From the NCBI GenBank assembly GCA_965113315.1, contig OZ220375.1: a DNA stretch of 64,000 nt, one strand, 5' to 3'. This stretch comes from Podarcis vaucheri (taxonomy: Eukaryota). A model generated the notes under the pieces. The model was given only the letters and a program-made list of their open reading frames with translations, did no database searches and was not told where the DNA came from. Within the stretch, counting starts at the first letter, position 1. Every line of letters begins with the position of its first letter. This document shows positions 12,101 through 24,934 of this stretch, piece after piece. The position numbers and the translations under genes are program-made.

Positions 12101-12412
12101 TGTGTCTTGGGCTACATGGGCTCACTTGCCATTGTCAGCTTTGTTGTGGCTTTCCTGGCTAGGAAGTTGCCTGACAGTTTCAATGAAGCCAAGTTCATCA
12201 CTTTCAGCATGTTGGTGTTTTGCACTGTTTGGTTATCCTTTGTTCCAACCTATCTAAGCACCAAAGGGAAATATATGGTGGCTGTAGAGGTCTTTTCCAT
12301 CTTGTCCTCAAGTGCTGGGTTACTGGGCTGCATCTTCTTCCCTAAATGCTACATCATTCTGCTCAGGCCTGAGCTGAACAACCGGGATCAATTAATAATA
12401 AGAAGAAAATAA
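3111..12412 (+). CDS. V2R gene B, vomeronasal type-2 receptor, 877 aa; exons 3111-3352, 4331-4622, 6490-7332, 9594-9821, 10661-10787, 11511-12412
   Basis: All junctions GT-AG. Exon lengths 242/292/843/228/127/902 sum to 2634 (in frame). Signal peptide, Venus-flytrap motifs ([39 protein letters not shown]), Cys-rich [11 protein letters not shown], 7TM. Confidence 0.92.
5088..5432 (-). mobile_element. Penelope-like element 3' fragment
   Basis: Minus strand reads [21 protein letters not shown] (GIY-YIG-type C-terminus), then a UTR with a hammerhead motif and gtctttaaggtgctactgg. Absent from gene C intron 2. Confidence 0.8.
5145..5182 (-). ncRNA. Minimal type I hammerhead ribozyme motif within the Penelope-like fragment
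   Basis: Minus strand GUAU-CUGAAGA-A-GUGUG(CAUG)CACAU-GAAA-GCUC-AUAC: CUGANGA and GAAA boxes, stem II, minimal stem III, CUC cleavage triplet, stem I GUAU/AUAC. Confidence 0.75.
6055..6472 (+). mobile_element. Non-LTR retrotransposon 3' end (RTE-X-like) with C-terminal CCHC knuckle
   Basis: Peptide [12 protein letters not shown]...RLCSC...[10 protein letters not shown], then a short UTR ending in AATAAA. Absent from gene C. Confidence 0.65.
7535..8891 (+). mobile_element. Internally deleted L1 (5'UTR + ORF2 fragments + 3'UTR + polyA)
   Basis: TSD aaagattatgataat(a/g)at at 7517-7534 and 8892-8909. CpG-rich 5' end. ORF2 remnant [28 protein letters not shown] and A-tail. Confidence 0.85.
8985..9535 (-). 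mobile_element. 5'-truncated L1
   Basis: TSD ttcttggaaatg at 8973-8984 and 9536-9547. PolyT on the + strand. ORF2 C-terminal remnant on the minus strand. Empty site in gene C. Confidence 0.85.
9895..10420 (-). mobile_element. Decayed L2/CR1-group LINE fragments
   Basis: RT remnant [13 protein letters not shown]...[11 protein letters not shown] on the minus strand. Confidence 0.7.
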
Positions 12413-12926
12413 AAAGAAGAAGAAATACATTTCTTTCTGCTGATATATGTAGTCCTTTGGAAATGCTTATGTTAGGGATATCTGTAATTCCAGTACAAGT
12501 GCTTCCTTAGTCAAAAATGTCTGAAGAAATTCTTGGCCACAGCCCACCTCAAAGTACTCCCTATATTGATTCAGGCAGAGAATAAGAGATACCCGATTAT
12601 GATAAAGGGTTGGTGGTCTACTCCTTCTGTCTGCCTTCTTCTATTCTTAGTAATGTGAAGACATTACCAGCACACCGGCACTAGGGGGTGGGCACAGTTC
12701 CCACTAGTGTTGATAAGCTGTGAAATTCTGCACCATAAACTCTGATGGGAAACATGGGCCTTACAGACTGTTGCAGGGGAAGGAGACGAGAGCCAGTTCA
12801 ACCACCACAGCTTTTTTATTTTAAAAGTAATGGCTTGTAGGCACTATATGATTTTCTACATTATTTTTAGGTTCTGTCCCTGTGAAGTATCCCACTGTGG
12901 TGCTAAATCAGAGCCAAGAGGCATTG

Positions 12927-13551
12927 CATACCCTCCAAGTGTCCAGATTTTCCAGGCATAGTCCTGGAATTAAGAAAGCCACCCCGGCTTCTGATTTGAA
13001 CCTGGAATGTCCCAATTTCCTCCACCAGTGCTGCCACTGCTGAGCTCAGGAAGGAGGATGAGGCAGTGCTTGTCTCAAGTGGCAGCGGAGGTGAGGGAGC
13101 ATCCTGTAGCCTTTCCATGGCCTCTCCATGGCCGCAGCTGCTGGCTTCCTCCCTTGGGCAGTTTGTAGTGGCTGCTGGAGAGTGGGTGAGGAGGAGGAGA
13201 GGCTGCCACCATCAAGGCCCAAACCCATATGATGCACTGGCTCTGAAGGGCAGGCAGAGGAAAGGGCCACCCTGGGCAGGAAGAAAGAGGGAGCAGAGTG
13301 GGCCACAAGGAATCTTGCTTTTAAAAAATGCTTTGTGTGTCTGCGTCTAATCTTGCCCCATTTTAAAAAGTATTTATTGATATGGTTGAGGGCATGTGTG
13401 CTGTGTCCTGTTGATGCAGTGGTGGCGGCCCTCACCCTTCTTCTGATAGGAACTGCTCTGTGGCGGGAAAACAAAAATGGAGCTCGGAGAATATCAGTTG
13501 GTGGGAGTGAGAAATGTCCCTATTTTCATCTGAGGTATCTTGAAAGGTATG
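12927..13551. mobile_element. Non-autonomous DNA transposon (MITE)
   Basis: Imperfect TIRs CATACCCTCCAA...TTGAAAGGTATG, flanks gcattg/gcatcg. Lies in a ~1.1 kb block missing from the paralogous spacer. Confidence 0.6.
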
Positions 13552-14961
13552 GCATCGTGGAGAATGAAAATGGTGCTGATGTGGTTGATCCCAGCACTTC
13601 TCCTCTCAGTGCTCCTTAAAAGGAATTACGGGGTGCATCTAATAACTAGCAAGGTGGGTAGGTGTTCCACATTAGCTACCGTTGTAGCTGGAAATGAACT
13701 TTGCCCGAAAACGTAGTAGGGCCACTGTCATTCCCACCATGGAGTTACACAGACCATGAAAACAAGTTTGCAATGGGCCCAGAACTCCAGTTGCTTACTC
13801 TGTTCCTTGCTCCTAGATACATATACTCAGTCAATTTATATGCTGTAAGCTCCATGGGGCTGAGATTTTGTCTGCTGTATCTTGCACACTGTTATTACTG
13901 CATGAATGAATTCTTTTTTTCAATGACAAAATAATATTAATATCAATAACTTTGACAGACAATAATTGCAATTGTTCTGCTAAAGGAACTGGAGGAGGTT
14001 ATTGATTTTTTTTTAGTTCTTTTTCTTGTTTTTATTATTTATTTTGTGTTTTTGATCTTAAATTTTATGTTGTGAACCACCTTGAGATCTATGTATGAAG
14101 GGTGATATACACATTTAATAAACAAAACAAAACAATATATAATATACTGTTTTACATGAAAACACTCACCCTCAGATTTGCCAGGCAATAACTCTGCATT
14201 AAACACACTTATACCAAATCTGAGTGGCTAGTGTGTGAACTTAGTTCTGGGCAGAAGCAACCTGCACCAATAAAGCCATGTGCCATGTATTTCTAAATCT
14301 CCCTAAAATATAAGGAAAAATAGTTGTAGGATTAGGAGGAGGCTATTCCTTGCAGTTTTGTGGTATATTGTGTAACTTCAAATGCCAATAGCACTCTGGG
14401 GAAGTGATCATCATCCCATCATTGTGCAAATTACTGTTTTGCATCCTCTGACCGAATAGACTTTCAGAGGCCAATAACAAGATCAACAATCAGCATCTTA
14501 AAAGGCTATATAATCTTCATATGGTTCACAACTGAATCCTAGCAAAGGAAGAGCTTTGCTAATCTTTTATGTGACTGTTTCCACTTCATATGTCAACCTA
14601 TAATCCCAGCAGCTGATTCAACTATACTTTTTTAGAATAAAATTCAAGAAATGTATTCTAGAGTATCTCTGCTTCTCATCCCTTTTTTATCGGCTGATGA
14701 TTTTCCACTTGTCCATTTCTTCCTGTGAAAAACTGGACCTCTTCAATTAGGCATGTGAAAAGGGAGCAATTATTAACTTTGCTACCAGGTTACTCGTGCA
14801 GAGCTAATCTAAGAATTTCAGCTATAAAACTGTGTGTACCAACAGAATCATTACCATTCAAGGGAGGCTGTAACAAAATTTACAATACTAACACATTGTG
14901 CTGCACAATAAATAGTATTGATAGAAATCCAATAGTTGGAAACACAGAGATCTATGCTGGG

Positions 14962-17900
14962 ATGGAAAACATTTTCAACAGGATCTGGGTGATGGTGATG
15001 TTGCTACTTGTACTCCTGTGCCAAAGTGTATGCATGACAAACCTGATTAATTGCACCATGTTTGATGATCGTCTCCTGATTCCTCATGGATTTTATCAAC
15101 CAGGAGACCTCCTCATTGGAGGGATTGTTTCTCAGGTCTTATTCCTCTATAATAACCTTTCTTTCATGGAACAGCCTGCAAAGATCTTGATTAATGAACC
15201 CATGTAAAGCATCATCTTCTCTCTCTCTTTCCCTTTCTCTCTCTCTCTCTTCCTGTAATATGTTTAGTCCATAGTGACTCAGAATGCATCATTAAGTAAA
15301 ACTGTGCTTAAGTAAAATTATTGAGTTTTTGGTATGAGCGTAGCTTGCCCAGTCTATTCCCGTCTTGTACAATGATAAACTCAGAATTAGTGAAGGATCT
15401 GAATCTCTATTGAGAGTATGTTTTTGATATTTGTGGTTGGAAATACAATATGGTCTTGCACATACTTTTTGAATTTAAAAGTGTGCACACAAATTATTGT
15501 ACAGGTACATGGTTTGTAAAATATTATTTTGGAATTGGCCCTCAGTCATAAGAAACTGGGTCAGTATAGGTGATATTTTAAATATAGGTGAGTTCATTCT
15601 TGTAGGCTCTCCTTTGTACTTTTCACCTGCAGGATCGTTTCTCATTTCACTTTCTCATTTCACTTGAGAGCCAGTGTGGTGTAGTGGTTAAGAGCAGTAG
15701 TCTCGTAATCTGGGGAACCGGGTTCATGTCTCCACTCCTCCACATGCAGCTGCTGGGTGACCTTGGGCTAGTCACACTTCTTTGATGTCTCTCAGCCCCA
15801 CTCACCTCACAGAGTGTTTGTTGTGGGGGAGGAAGGGAAAGGAGAATGTTAGCTGCTTTGAGACTCCTTAAAGGGAGTGAAAGGTGGGATATCAAATCCA
15901 AACTCCTCCTCTTCTTCTCTTCTTTCTTTGGGTATACGCACTGCAACTGAATTAAAATATATTTGGCCCCTGATATCATAAATTATCCAGATCAGTTGCT
16001 TGATCTGTTGCTTACTTATTATTATGTATATTTAATGTTTGATTTAACCTGCTGCTAAACAGATTTTCAATAATAAATGCAGGAAATGAAATAAATGTGT
16101 ATGGAGAAGGCAAAAATACTCCTATTCTGCTCCTAAAAATAAGTGGAGGGGGCAGTTTGATCAACAATGAGATTGTCCCCAAATTTTTGCCCCCCTTCAT
16201 TTCATTATACTGTAGACTTCCACTTCTCCTGAGTAGTTAGTATTTACTGAGTTCTACTCAAAGCAGACTCATTAAAATGAAAAAGTCCTATATTAGTTTT
16301 GCTCATTAAGTCAATGGTCTATTCTGACTAATTCTGGTTCCTACCAGAATTAGCATTTTTTTTTTGCTACATTTAACTTTTGAAATGATGCCAATAAATG
16401 ATTATTATAAATTCAACAAATTATTATTATTGTTGTTGTTGTTGTTATTTGATTAAAGAGCCTGTAACTCTAATTGCAGTTCAGTGCCTAAGAACTACCA
16501 GCATATCATGGCTTTCACATTTGCTGTAAAAGAGATAAATGAGAATCTCAACATTTTATCAAATGTTTCCCTGGGGTTCCACATCCTCAATAGCTACTAC
16601 ACTGCAGGAATGACTTATAAGGCCACACTGAACCTGCTTTCCACACAACAGAGGTTTGTCCCCAACTTCAAGTGCCACCACCAGAGCCAGCTGATAGCTC
16701 TCATTGGAGGATGTATCTCTGAGATCTCTGCCAACGTAGCCATTATTTCTGCAATCCACAAAATTCCACAGGTAAGTTGTATGTATGAGAGTATGGAGAT
16801 TCCACAACTGTGCGCATTGTCTTGATTTCTGTAAAACAGATGAGAAAACTTCTTGCGATATTTTATTTAGCAATTATTTAGCACATTCTCACCAATAACA
16901 TAGATGAAACAGGGAAGTACTAATAGGCAGATGACAGAAAACAGGGAGTGATAGTGGCCAGAGCAATTTAAACCCCCAATTTCCCATGCTTGGAGAGGGG
17001 TGTTGGATGGAACAGAGGTTTCTTCCAGCTAGGTGTTGGTTAGACAAGAAAATATGGTGTTTGTTGCATGTGGACAAAGTATTATTATAGGAGGGGGCTA
17101 TAAAACAATGTGTCTGTTATCTGATCCCATATGAACTCAAATTTATCTATAGTTTATTTCAAAACAACTATTACATGCAGGCATGTCCAAAGTCCATCCT
17201 GGGGGCCTAATCCGACCCACCGCTTGGTTTAATCCGGCCTTTGTGACAGTTTATTTGCCGTGGTAAAATCCTATAAAATGCTCTACAACTTTGGTTGGCC
17301 CTCTCACAAGTATACGTCATCAAATCTGGCCCTCTTTGAAAAAAAATTGGAGATCCCTAGTTACATGGAAAATCTCATGCCACCTAGGTTCCACATTTTG
17401 GAGGTGTGACAAAACTAAAGCATTCTAAAGTCAGTATTGTTATCATATTGCAAAACTCACAGAATATAGTCCCCAAAATGAGACAATTATTAAAGTTCTT
17501 GTCTTCAGGTAAAGGTAGGACAGCCACGTGCCGTGGATGCTTTAATTCTAAATTTCCTTCATCACACAGGATATTAGACTATAAGCAGAGCAACATGAAA
17601 CACTTTGATTCAATTATTTACCATTCTTTTGAAATCTATCCTGAAAAGGTATTATATATTTTATTTCAGCTCACTTATGGATCATTTTTGCCTGTAAAAA
17701 GTATCAGAATGCATTTCCCATTTTTATACCAGATGGTTCCAAATGAAGCTCATCAGCACATGGGAGTTGTTCTGTTACTTCAGCATTTCAGATGGACATG
17801 GGTTGGGCTCTTGGCTGTGGCTGATGACAAAGGGGACCAGTTTTTACAGACCATGGTACCAATGCTTTCTCAGAATGGCATCTGTTCTGCCTTCATAGAT

Positions 17901-19350
17901 AGAATACCAAAACGGGCATATTTTGATGAGTTGATTGACTTGATGTTAAAGCGCTGGGAAAATTATGTAATCATCAGTGACAAAAAAGTGAATGCATTAT
18001 TTGTATATGGAGAACCACCATCTTTTCAGATTTTGAGAGTATTACTGTTTCTAGCACCTTTCTTGTCACTTCCACCTCTGTGTAAAGTATGGATTATTAC
18101 ATCCCACTGGGATTTTGCATCACTGTCTGTTCAGAAGATATGGGATATACAAACCTTCCATGGTGCCATATCATTCACAGCTCACTCAAAACAGCCCCAA
18201 GGATTCCAAAAGTTTATTCAGACTATTAGACCTTCCTGGGTTAATGGAGATGGTTTTGTCCAGGACTTCTGGGAACAGGCATTCAGCTGTTCATTAAAAG
18301 TGTACAATGGACTAGGAGAGAGAAAGAAAGTGTGCACTGGAGAAGAGAAACTGGAGAGCCTTTCTGGAATTTTGTTTGAAGGGAAGATGACTGGTCACAG
18401 CTACAATGTCTACAATGCTGTCTATGCTGTGGCACATGCTTTAAATAAAATCAGTTCCCAACATCGAAGCTTCAGAGGGTGTCTGAAACTTCAGAATGTG
18501 CAACCATGGCAGGTAATGGCCTCTTAAAGAACAATACAGTTAAGATTATGATGCAGAAGTAAAGGTAAGTTCTTTTCATTTTTCTTTTTGTCAATCTATT
18601 TTGATAATTCTTTCCAACCCCATTTGAAACAGTGATTTATTCATTGTTTTAATTCATTGCTACTCATGTTTATGGAGCTCTGTCAGGGAAAAAGGAGAAA
18701 GGTGGTGGTTGTGATAGACAGATAGAAATATGTCATCAAATAAACTATTCAAAAATGTGTTTGACAAGTCTTTGGAAATGATTTCAAGACTTTGCTGTCT
18801 CTTTGTCCACATTCTTTTCATTTTAGGTCCATCACATTCTAAGGAGGATTGCATTCAACAACAGTGAAGGAGATACTGTGTCTTTTGATGAAAATGGCGA
18901 ATTAGTTACAAGTTTTGATATTACAAACTGGCTGATGTTCCCCAATGGCTCTGTGGTTCGAGTGAAAGTTGGCAGGCTGGAACCTCAGGCACCTCAAGGC
19001 AAACAGTTAGCTATTAATGATGATCAAATTGTGTGGAATCAAGGCTTTAACCAGGTAAGAAACATCTATAAGTGCTTAGTTACAAGAGCCAACTGACTCA
19101 CGCCACAGTGCAAAACTAAAAAACAACAACAAACCTAATTCAGGGAGGGCTTCTTAACACGGAACAATCGCCTCTCAGAAGGAGGCTTTAATTACCTCCC
19201 TAGCCCAGCCGGCTGTCCCTTCTCTGATAGTATTTATAAGCCATGAGGAACAATGGGTTACATTGTAAGTGGTTTCCTGGCTGATCCAAACATGTTGTCC
19301 ACATCCTCAGGATGTTCTCAAAACACATCACCACTAATAGTATTTCATGC

Positions 19351-19393
<43 letters not shown>

Positions 19394-21674
19394 TTATAAT
19401 AATTTATTATTTATACCCCGCCCATCTGGCTGGGGTGAACAGGTGCTGCCGCTTTCTGTTTGCAATGAGAACTGTTACCCAGGCTATAGCAGAAAAAAGA
19501 AAGAGGGGAAGAAATTTTGCTGCTATGATTGTGCTCCATGCCCAGAAGGGATGATCTCTCACCAGAAGGGTAGGAGAAATAATGATATCAAGGAATTTCC
19601 ATAAAGGTGGTAATGGTGCTGGTGATGATTACTATTATTATTGAATGTGCATCCATTGAATATCTATGACTTTGGTTCACATTAAGAACTTCAAAAATCA
19701 TTTTAACGTGTGTGTGTAACAGATTGATAGTGAAATTGATCGGATAATATATGAAACAAGTTCAAGGAAACAAAAGGGTCCATTCTTACTATTTTTTTAT
19801 AAATAAATCCTTTAAACAGAAGTTAGTGTGAGGTCATGTCTATGACAGATTAGCACCTGGTTCATTTGTGGTAGAAGTCTTGGCAAACTGTGAAGGAGTA
19901 TTCCCTCTTCCCCTTTCTAACCTGTTCTGCACACCCTTCTCTTAATGCAACATAGACTCAGCAATAGGAGAAGAGCAGCAATTAGTCAACATGATTTTAT
20001 GTATCCAAGATGCAGCACGGAACAAATCAACTTAGTAGAAGAGCTTCAGAATTGTTTAAACACATTTCAGGGACAAGGTTGTGGGTCAATATTACCCCTT
20101 TTTTCTCATATGTCCATTTTCTGTGGAGGTAATGCATGTTTTAAGATAAAAAATGGTGGTATCAGCTCCAATGTATATCTAGGTTCCAAAGGATTTAGGG
20201 CTGGATTTCAGACCACTAGCCTGGAAGGTAGATCGGTTTTCTTTGTGCATCCCTGTTTTAGTCAGAGCTTTCCCATAATATTCAAACCACTGCATGCCCA
20301 ATCCTGAGCCCAGGATAAGGATTTACTTTGGAGAAAAGAGTTATTTCACTCCTTTTCATTCTCCCCTTGTTAATGGGGATTGTATCGCCTTAGTTCAGAA
20401 GTAAGAATATGCTAAGGTATAATGCTACCACATACCCAATAACTGTGTTGTGATTTATGTCTGTAATTTCTCTGTTTTCTTACAACAAATGAATGTTTTA
20501 ATTTAGCCTAGTTGGGAGCTACGTTCTCGAGTTATACAACCATTTATCAGACACTGTTCCATGACATCTCTCACAAAAGATCCCCCTCCTGTCTAGGAGG
20601 CCGGTAAATGGGAATGATGGTGCCAGGTGCACACATGAAGTTTCCCAACACACATGTGTACAACAATTGTCAACGTATGCAAACATTTAATGTGTGTGTG
20701 TATGTGTGTGTGTAAAGGTATAGATGTTGGACTAACCTTAGAAATACTTAAACTGTTCTTCCTTTTTTTCAGACATGGATGCTTGTGTGAATTGTCCTGA
20801 AGATCAGTATCCCAACAAAGACCAAACTCAGTGCATTCCCAAAATTATAAGCTACCTCTCTTACAGAGAAGATTTAGCAATCGCCTTAACTAGCTTGGCT
20901 ATTATTTTCTCTTTTGTCACAATTGTAGTACTTGGAATTTTTATGAAGTACAAGGACACTCCCATAGTGAAAGCCAACAACCGGACCCTCACCTACATCC
21001 TCCTCATCTCCCTCCTCCTTTGCTTCCTCTGTTCTTTGCTCTTCATTGGACAACCTGGAAAGGCAACCTGCCTTCTACGTCAAACCACTTTTGGCATTGT
21101 CTTCTCTGTGGCCCTTTCTTCTGTGTTGGCAAAGACCATCACTGTGGTTGTGGCATTTATGGGAACAAAACCAGGATCCAGGATGAGGAAATGGGTGGGG
21201 AGAAGACTGACTAATTCTATTTTTCTCTCCTGCTCTTTTATTCAGGCTGCCATTTGTACTCTTTGGTTAAGTTCTGCTCCTCCATTCCCAGGCAGAGATA
21301 TGCATTCAGTGAAGGGTGAAATCATACTAGAATGTAATGAGGGTTCTGTTTCCATGTTTTACTGTGTCCTGGGCTATATGGGTTTCTTAGCCATTGTCAG
21401 TTTCATTGTGGCTTTTCTTGCCAGGAAGTTGCCAGACAGTTTCAATGAAACCAAATTTATCACTTTCAGCATGTTGGTGTTTTGCAGTGTATGGTTATCC
21501 TTTATTCCAACCTACCTGAGCAGCAAAGGAAAGTACATGGTGGCTGTGGAGATCTTCTCCATCTTGTCATCCAGTGCTGGATTATTGGGTTGTATCTTTT
21601 CCCCTAAATGTTATGTTATTGTACTCAGGCCCGAGCTTAACAGCAGAGAGCAACTCGTCAGAAAAAAGAAATGA
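14962..21674 (+). CDS. V2R gene C, 877 aa; exons 14962-15203, 16480-16771, 17670-18512, 18827-19054, 19443-19569, 20773-21674
   Basis: Same exon sizes as gene B, GT-AG, open frame. The exon-5 acceptor context is altered by a short LINE-tail insertion. Confidence 0.9.
15666..15925 (+). mobile_element. tRNA-derived squamate SINE (Squam3-like)
   Basis: A-box TGGTGTAGTGG, B-box-like GGTTCATGTC, CT-rich tail. Absent in gene B intron 1. Second copy at 22567. Confidence 0.85.
17178..17359. mobile_element. hAT-type MITE
   Basis: 8-bp TSD attacatg/gttacatg. Termini CAGGCATGTCCAA...TTGGAGATCCCTA. Empty site in gene B. Confidence 0.75.
19354..19435 (-). mobile_element. Extremely 5'-truncated L2 tail with (AAT)n
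   Basis: (aat)n + ttataccccgcccatctggctggg, matching the L2 3' ends at 34216 and 34637. Absent in gene B. Confidence 0.75.
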
Positions 21675-22054
21675 AATAATATATCCATCTCATTAATCTG
21701 TTGCTTTGTTAATAGAAATTATGGTGTTGAAGGGATTTCAGGAGAATTTGAGCATAATTTCTTAGGAAAATATCTCTCTTCACATTCCCATGAGTGGACT
21801 TGAACCAGGAATATACTATCTCAAGAGGGTTGTCTATCTTGTTTCTATCTTCTTAAACACCCACATATTGTCTGCTTCTCCAAATGCCCTTCTGGGTCCA
21901 GAATGAGGTTCCATCTATTAGTACATTCCTAATGAGAGAATTTCACTTCACCTGACTTCCTTCCTATGTGTTTACTCATAAAAATGTAGACACTACTAAC
22001 ATGGTCGGGTTTGCGTTTTTTACCACCAGGAATCTTTAGAAAAAAGAAAAGGAG

Positions 22055-22885
22055 TAAATTTTATTAGTATTTTCCACACAACAACAAGCAAAAAAACCAA
22101 AAAAATACAAAACACAAAAAACATATGAAAAACAAATCCAAATCTTACAAATTAATAGTATAAACACTAAAAAGGAAAACAAACGTTGACTTCCACCAAT
22201 CCCGCAGCACCTCCTTTACCTCTCATTGTATATTCCTGTTTTCCTTATCATCTCGATCCTAGCATCTAAATATATATCCCTCTTTCTTATCCTTTCACTT
22301 CAGAAGGTTATTCCAGACTCAGCCAGATTTCTGTCCTCAAACCTTGTCTTTTAAGGCATTCGTTTAGGCACTCCTATTCCTTTTTCACTACACTTTTTGG
22401 TTTTTGTCTTATTATATCTGTCAGTTTGGCTAACTCTAAGTATTCTGAAAGCTTACATAACCATTCTCCCCTAGTGGATAACTGATTCCCTTTCCAATAC
22501 TTAGCCACCAGAATTCTTGCTGCAAACATCGCATATAAGAAAAAAATAATCTTTTGGGATATTGTCGAGAGCCAGTGTGGTGTAGTGGTTAAGAGTGGTA
22601 GTCTCGTAATCTGGGGAACCGGGTTCGCGTATCCGCTCCTCCACATGCAGCTGCTGGGTGACCTTAGGCTAGTCACATTTCTTTGAAGTCTCTCAGCCCC
22701 ACTCATCTCACAGAGTGTTTGTTGTGGGGGAGGAAGGGAAAGGAGAATGTTAGCCGCTTTGAGACTCCTTAAAGGCGGGATATCAAATCCAAACTCTTCT
22801 AATATTCCTAAAATGATTGCCTCTGGCCTTTACTATATGATAGTCTTAATATTTTCTTTATTTCTTCATGGATCCGTGATCCGTA
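22055..22885 (-). mobile_element. L1 3' fragment interrupted by a SINE
   Basis: Minus-strand ORF2 C-terminus FLYAMFAARILVAKYWK...EWLCKLSEYLELAKLT, with a 3'UTR and AATAAA on minus. Confidence 0.75.
22567..22800 (+). mobile_element. tRNA-derived SINE (Squam3-like), nested in L1
   Basis: Near-identical to 15666-15925, with pol III A and B boxes. Confidence 0.85.
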
Positions 22886-24209
22886 CCACCAGCAATCTTA
22901 AGAGTCCCTGCCAGCTTCATTAAACATTATATTTCCTTCAATTTTACAAAATGTTTGGAGAGAAATACTGTAGAAGAATCAATGTAAGCCTATTCTACCT
23001 TTGAAGGATATGTTGCTGCCACTTGCTACCATATCCAATGTAAGAGTTTTCCTTTGGCGATACAGACTGCATCATGATTTGGGCCTCTTTCATTTGCAAA
23101 TGGAGCACTCAATGAGCCCAGCTCCTCCTCGGAGCTAGCAGTGTGAGGTTTGTGGAACAATGTATAAGTAGTGGGATGATACAAAGAATTAGAACTTTAA
23201 ATAGCCTATAATTCCTAAGACAGATGTGGGCACAGAAAAGAATTACTTTTCCTTGACATTAGTTTAAACTGTTTTACAGCTGTTTCCTTTTTGTAGGAAC
23301 TGTATAATTTAACACAGACAATTGAAACATGGTGGTTATACCCAGGCCTGTACAGAGCTTCTTTGAAGCCCAATGTAGGAATCTTGTTCTTGGCATGATA
23401 GCGTAAGTCCGGCAGGCCCCCAAAGGGACTCACCTGCTGGATTAGCCCTCAAGGCCCGGGGCAAGTGTACCTAGCTGCACACCACATCCTGCATGGACCC
23501 GCCTATACCTGAGCTCAGCTTCACAAATGGTCAAGCTCAGAAACAGCTTTCAGTGCTTTTTGAAAATATTGAAGGAAGCCATGGTTTGTTGCCATACAGT
23601 TCTCACAGAGAGCAACACTGCTGAACAGAGTACTCCCTGCAAGACTAGCTCTATTACAATTCAAACTCTGCAGAGGCAAGAACTCCTAAGCGATAGCCAC
23701 TCCAACCTGTGGGCAGCTAGATAACCTTCCTGGGCTTTTTGTTCGTTTGTTATGAAAAGGGGGGGAGGCATGGGGCACTGCTGCATGCTTTGACTGCCTG
23801 CTAGTTGCTTTTAAAAAATGAAGTTTTAAAAATTGTACTTCTGCATTGAATTTTAAGGATTCCCCCTTTTAAATACACACAGAAACAGGTGAGTTGGACT
23901 TAGTCCATTCCCACTGTAATACAGGAGTGGACCAGACTTCAATGAGTCTGTCCATCCCCACTCATAGGTGAGTCATAGCATTTTTGTCAGTTTTTGTCAT
24001 GCTTTCCTTAATGTAGATGTGGCTGAGGTGTGCTTGTTAGCCTCCTTCCTCTCATTGTACACAGTTAGCAATGTGAGGTTTGTGGGGAAATGAACAATTA
24101 TGGGGGTGACCAGCAAAAATTATAATTCCTAATATACATTGTGAGCATAAAACAATTATCTTTTTAAAAATAAAGATAAAAATGTTAAACTGCCATATAG
24201 CATATGTTT

Positions 24210-24276
24210 GTTAGGGTGTGGTGCTGATAACACCAAGGTCGCAGATTCAATCCTCATACAGGACAGCTGCATATTT
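24210..24276 (+). mobile_element. Fragment of a tRNA(Ile)-like SINE head
   Basis: ggtgctgataacaccaaggtcgcagattcaatcc resembles tRNA anticodon and T arms. Truncated, not a tRNA gene. Confidence 0.5.
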
Positions 24277-24912
24277 AGACTATATTGCATGAATGCATAC
24301 TTTTAATTACAAATAATAATGACAATAATAAATGGGACAAGTAGCAGTTAGACGTTAGCTGTTAAAGGATATATACCCATCATCATTATAAAACTGAGTC
24401 TCAAATTTCCCAGCTTTTAAGGTCAGGCCTTCCAATCACTTAAATCTGATCAATGACAAAAACAGCCTACAACTCTCTGTCTAAGCATCACTTATTACCC
24501 CTTAAAGAAAATATTGTCACTCCTAGTTGATTTGCCATTCATGATGCAACTCCAAAGGACATCAACACACTTGGGAAATCATAATTGCACACTTAATTGT
24601 CAAAACTGCTGGCTTCTATCCCCTTACACAATGGATATGCAGATGGCAGCAAAATTTGCATTTGAAAAAGGACATAAAACCCTGGTGTTTTTCAGAATTG
24701 AATCTAGGCGTAGGCAGAGGTCTGCCATTTTTCTTGTATGATCATTTCTCCTTTCCATCTTAGAATATGTCGTCCACCAGTTGATTTTGCAATTATTTTA
24801 CCACAAAAATTATAATGTGACTATCCTTTTTCTTTATCCTATGTGCATACCCATTTAATTTGCTCTTCCCAGATAGTTACTGGGCAGACCTCTTTGTCTA
24901 GATATGAATTAG

Positions 24913-24934
24913 CACACACACACACACACACACA
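24913..24934. repeat. (CA)n microsatellite
   Basis: Directly visible. Confidence 0.9.

Noticed and set aside
24210-24276. tRNA gene (also the SINE heads at 15666 and 22567)
   Set aside because: Incomplete cloverleafs that continue into SINE bodies.
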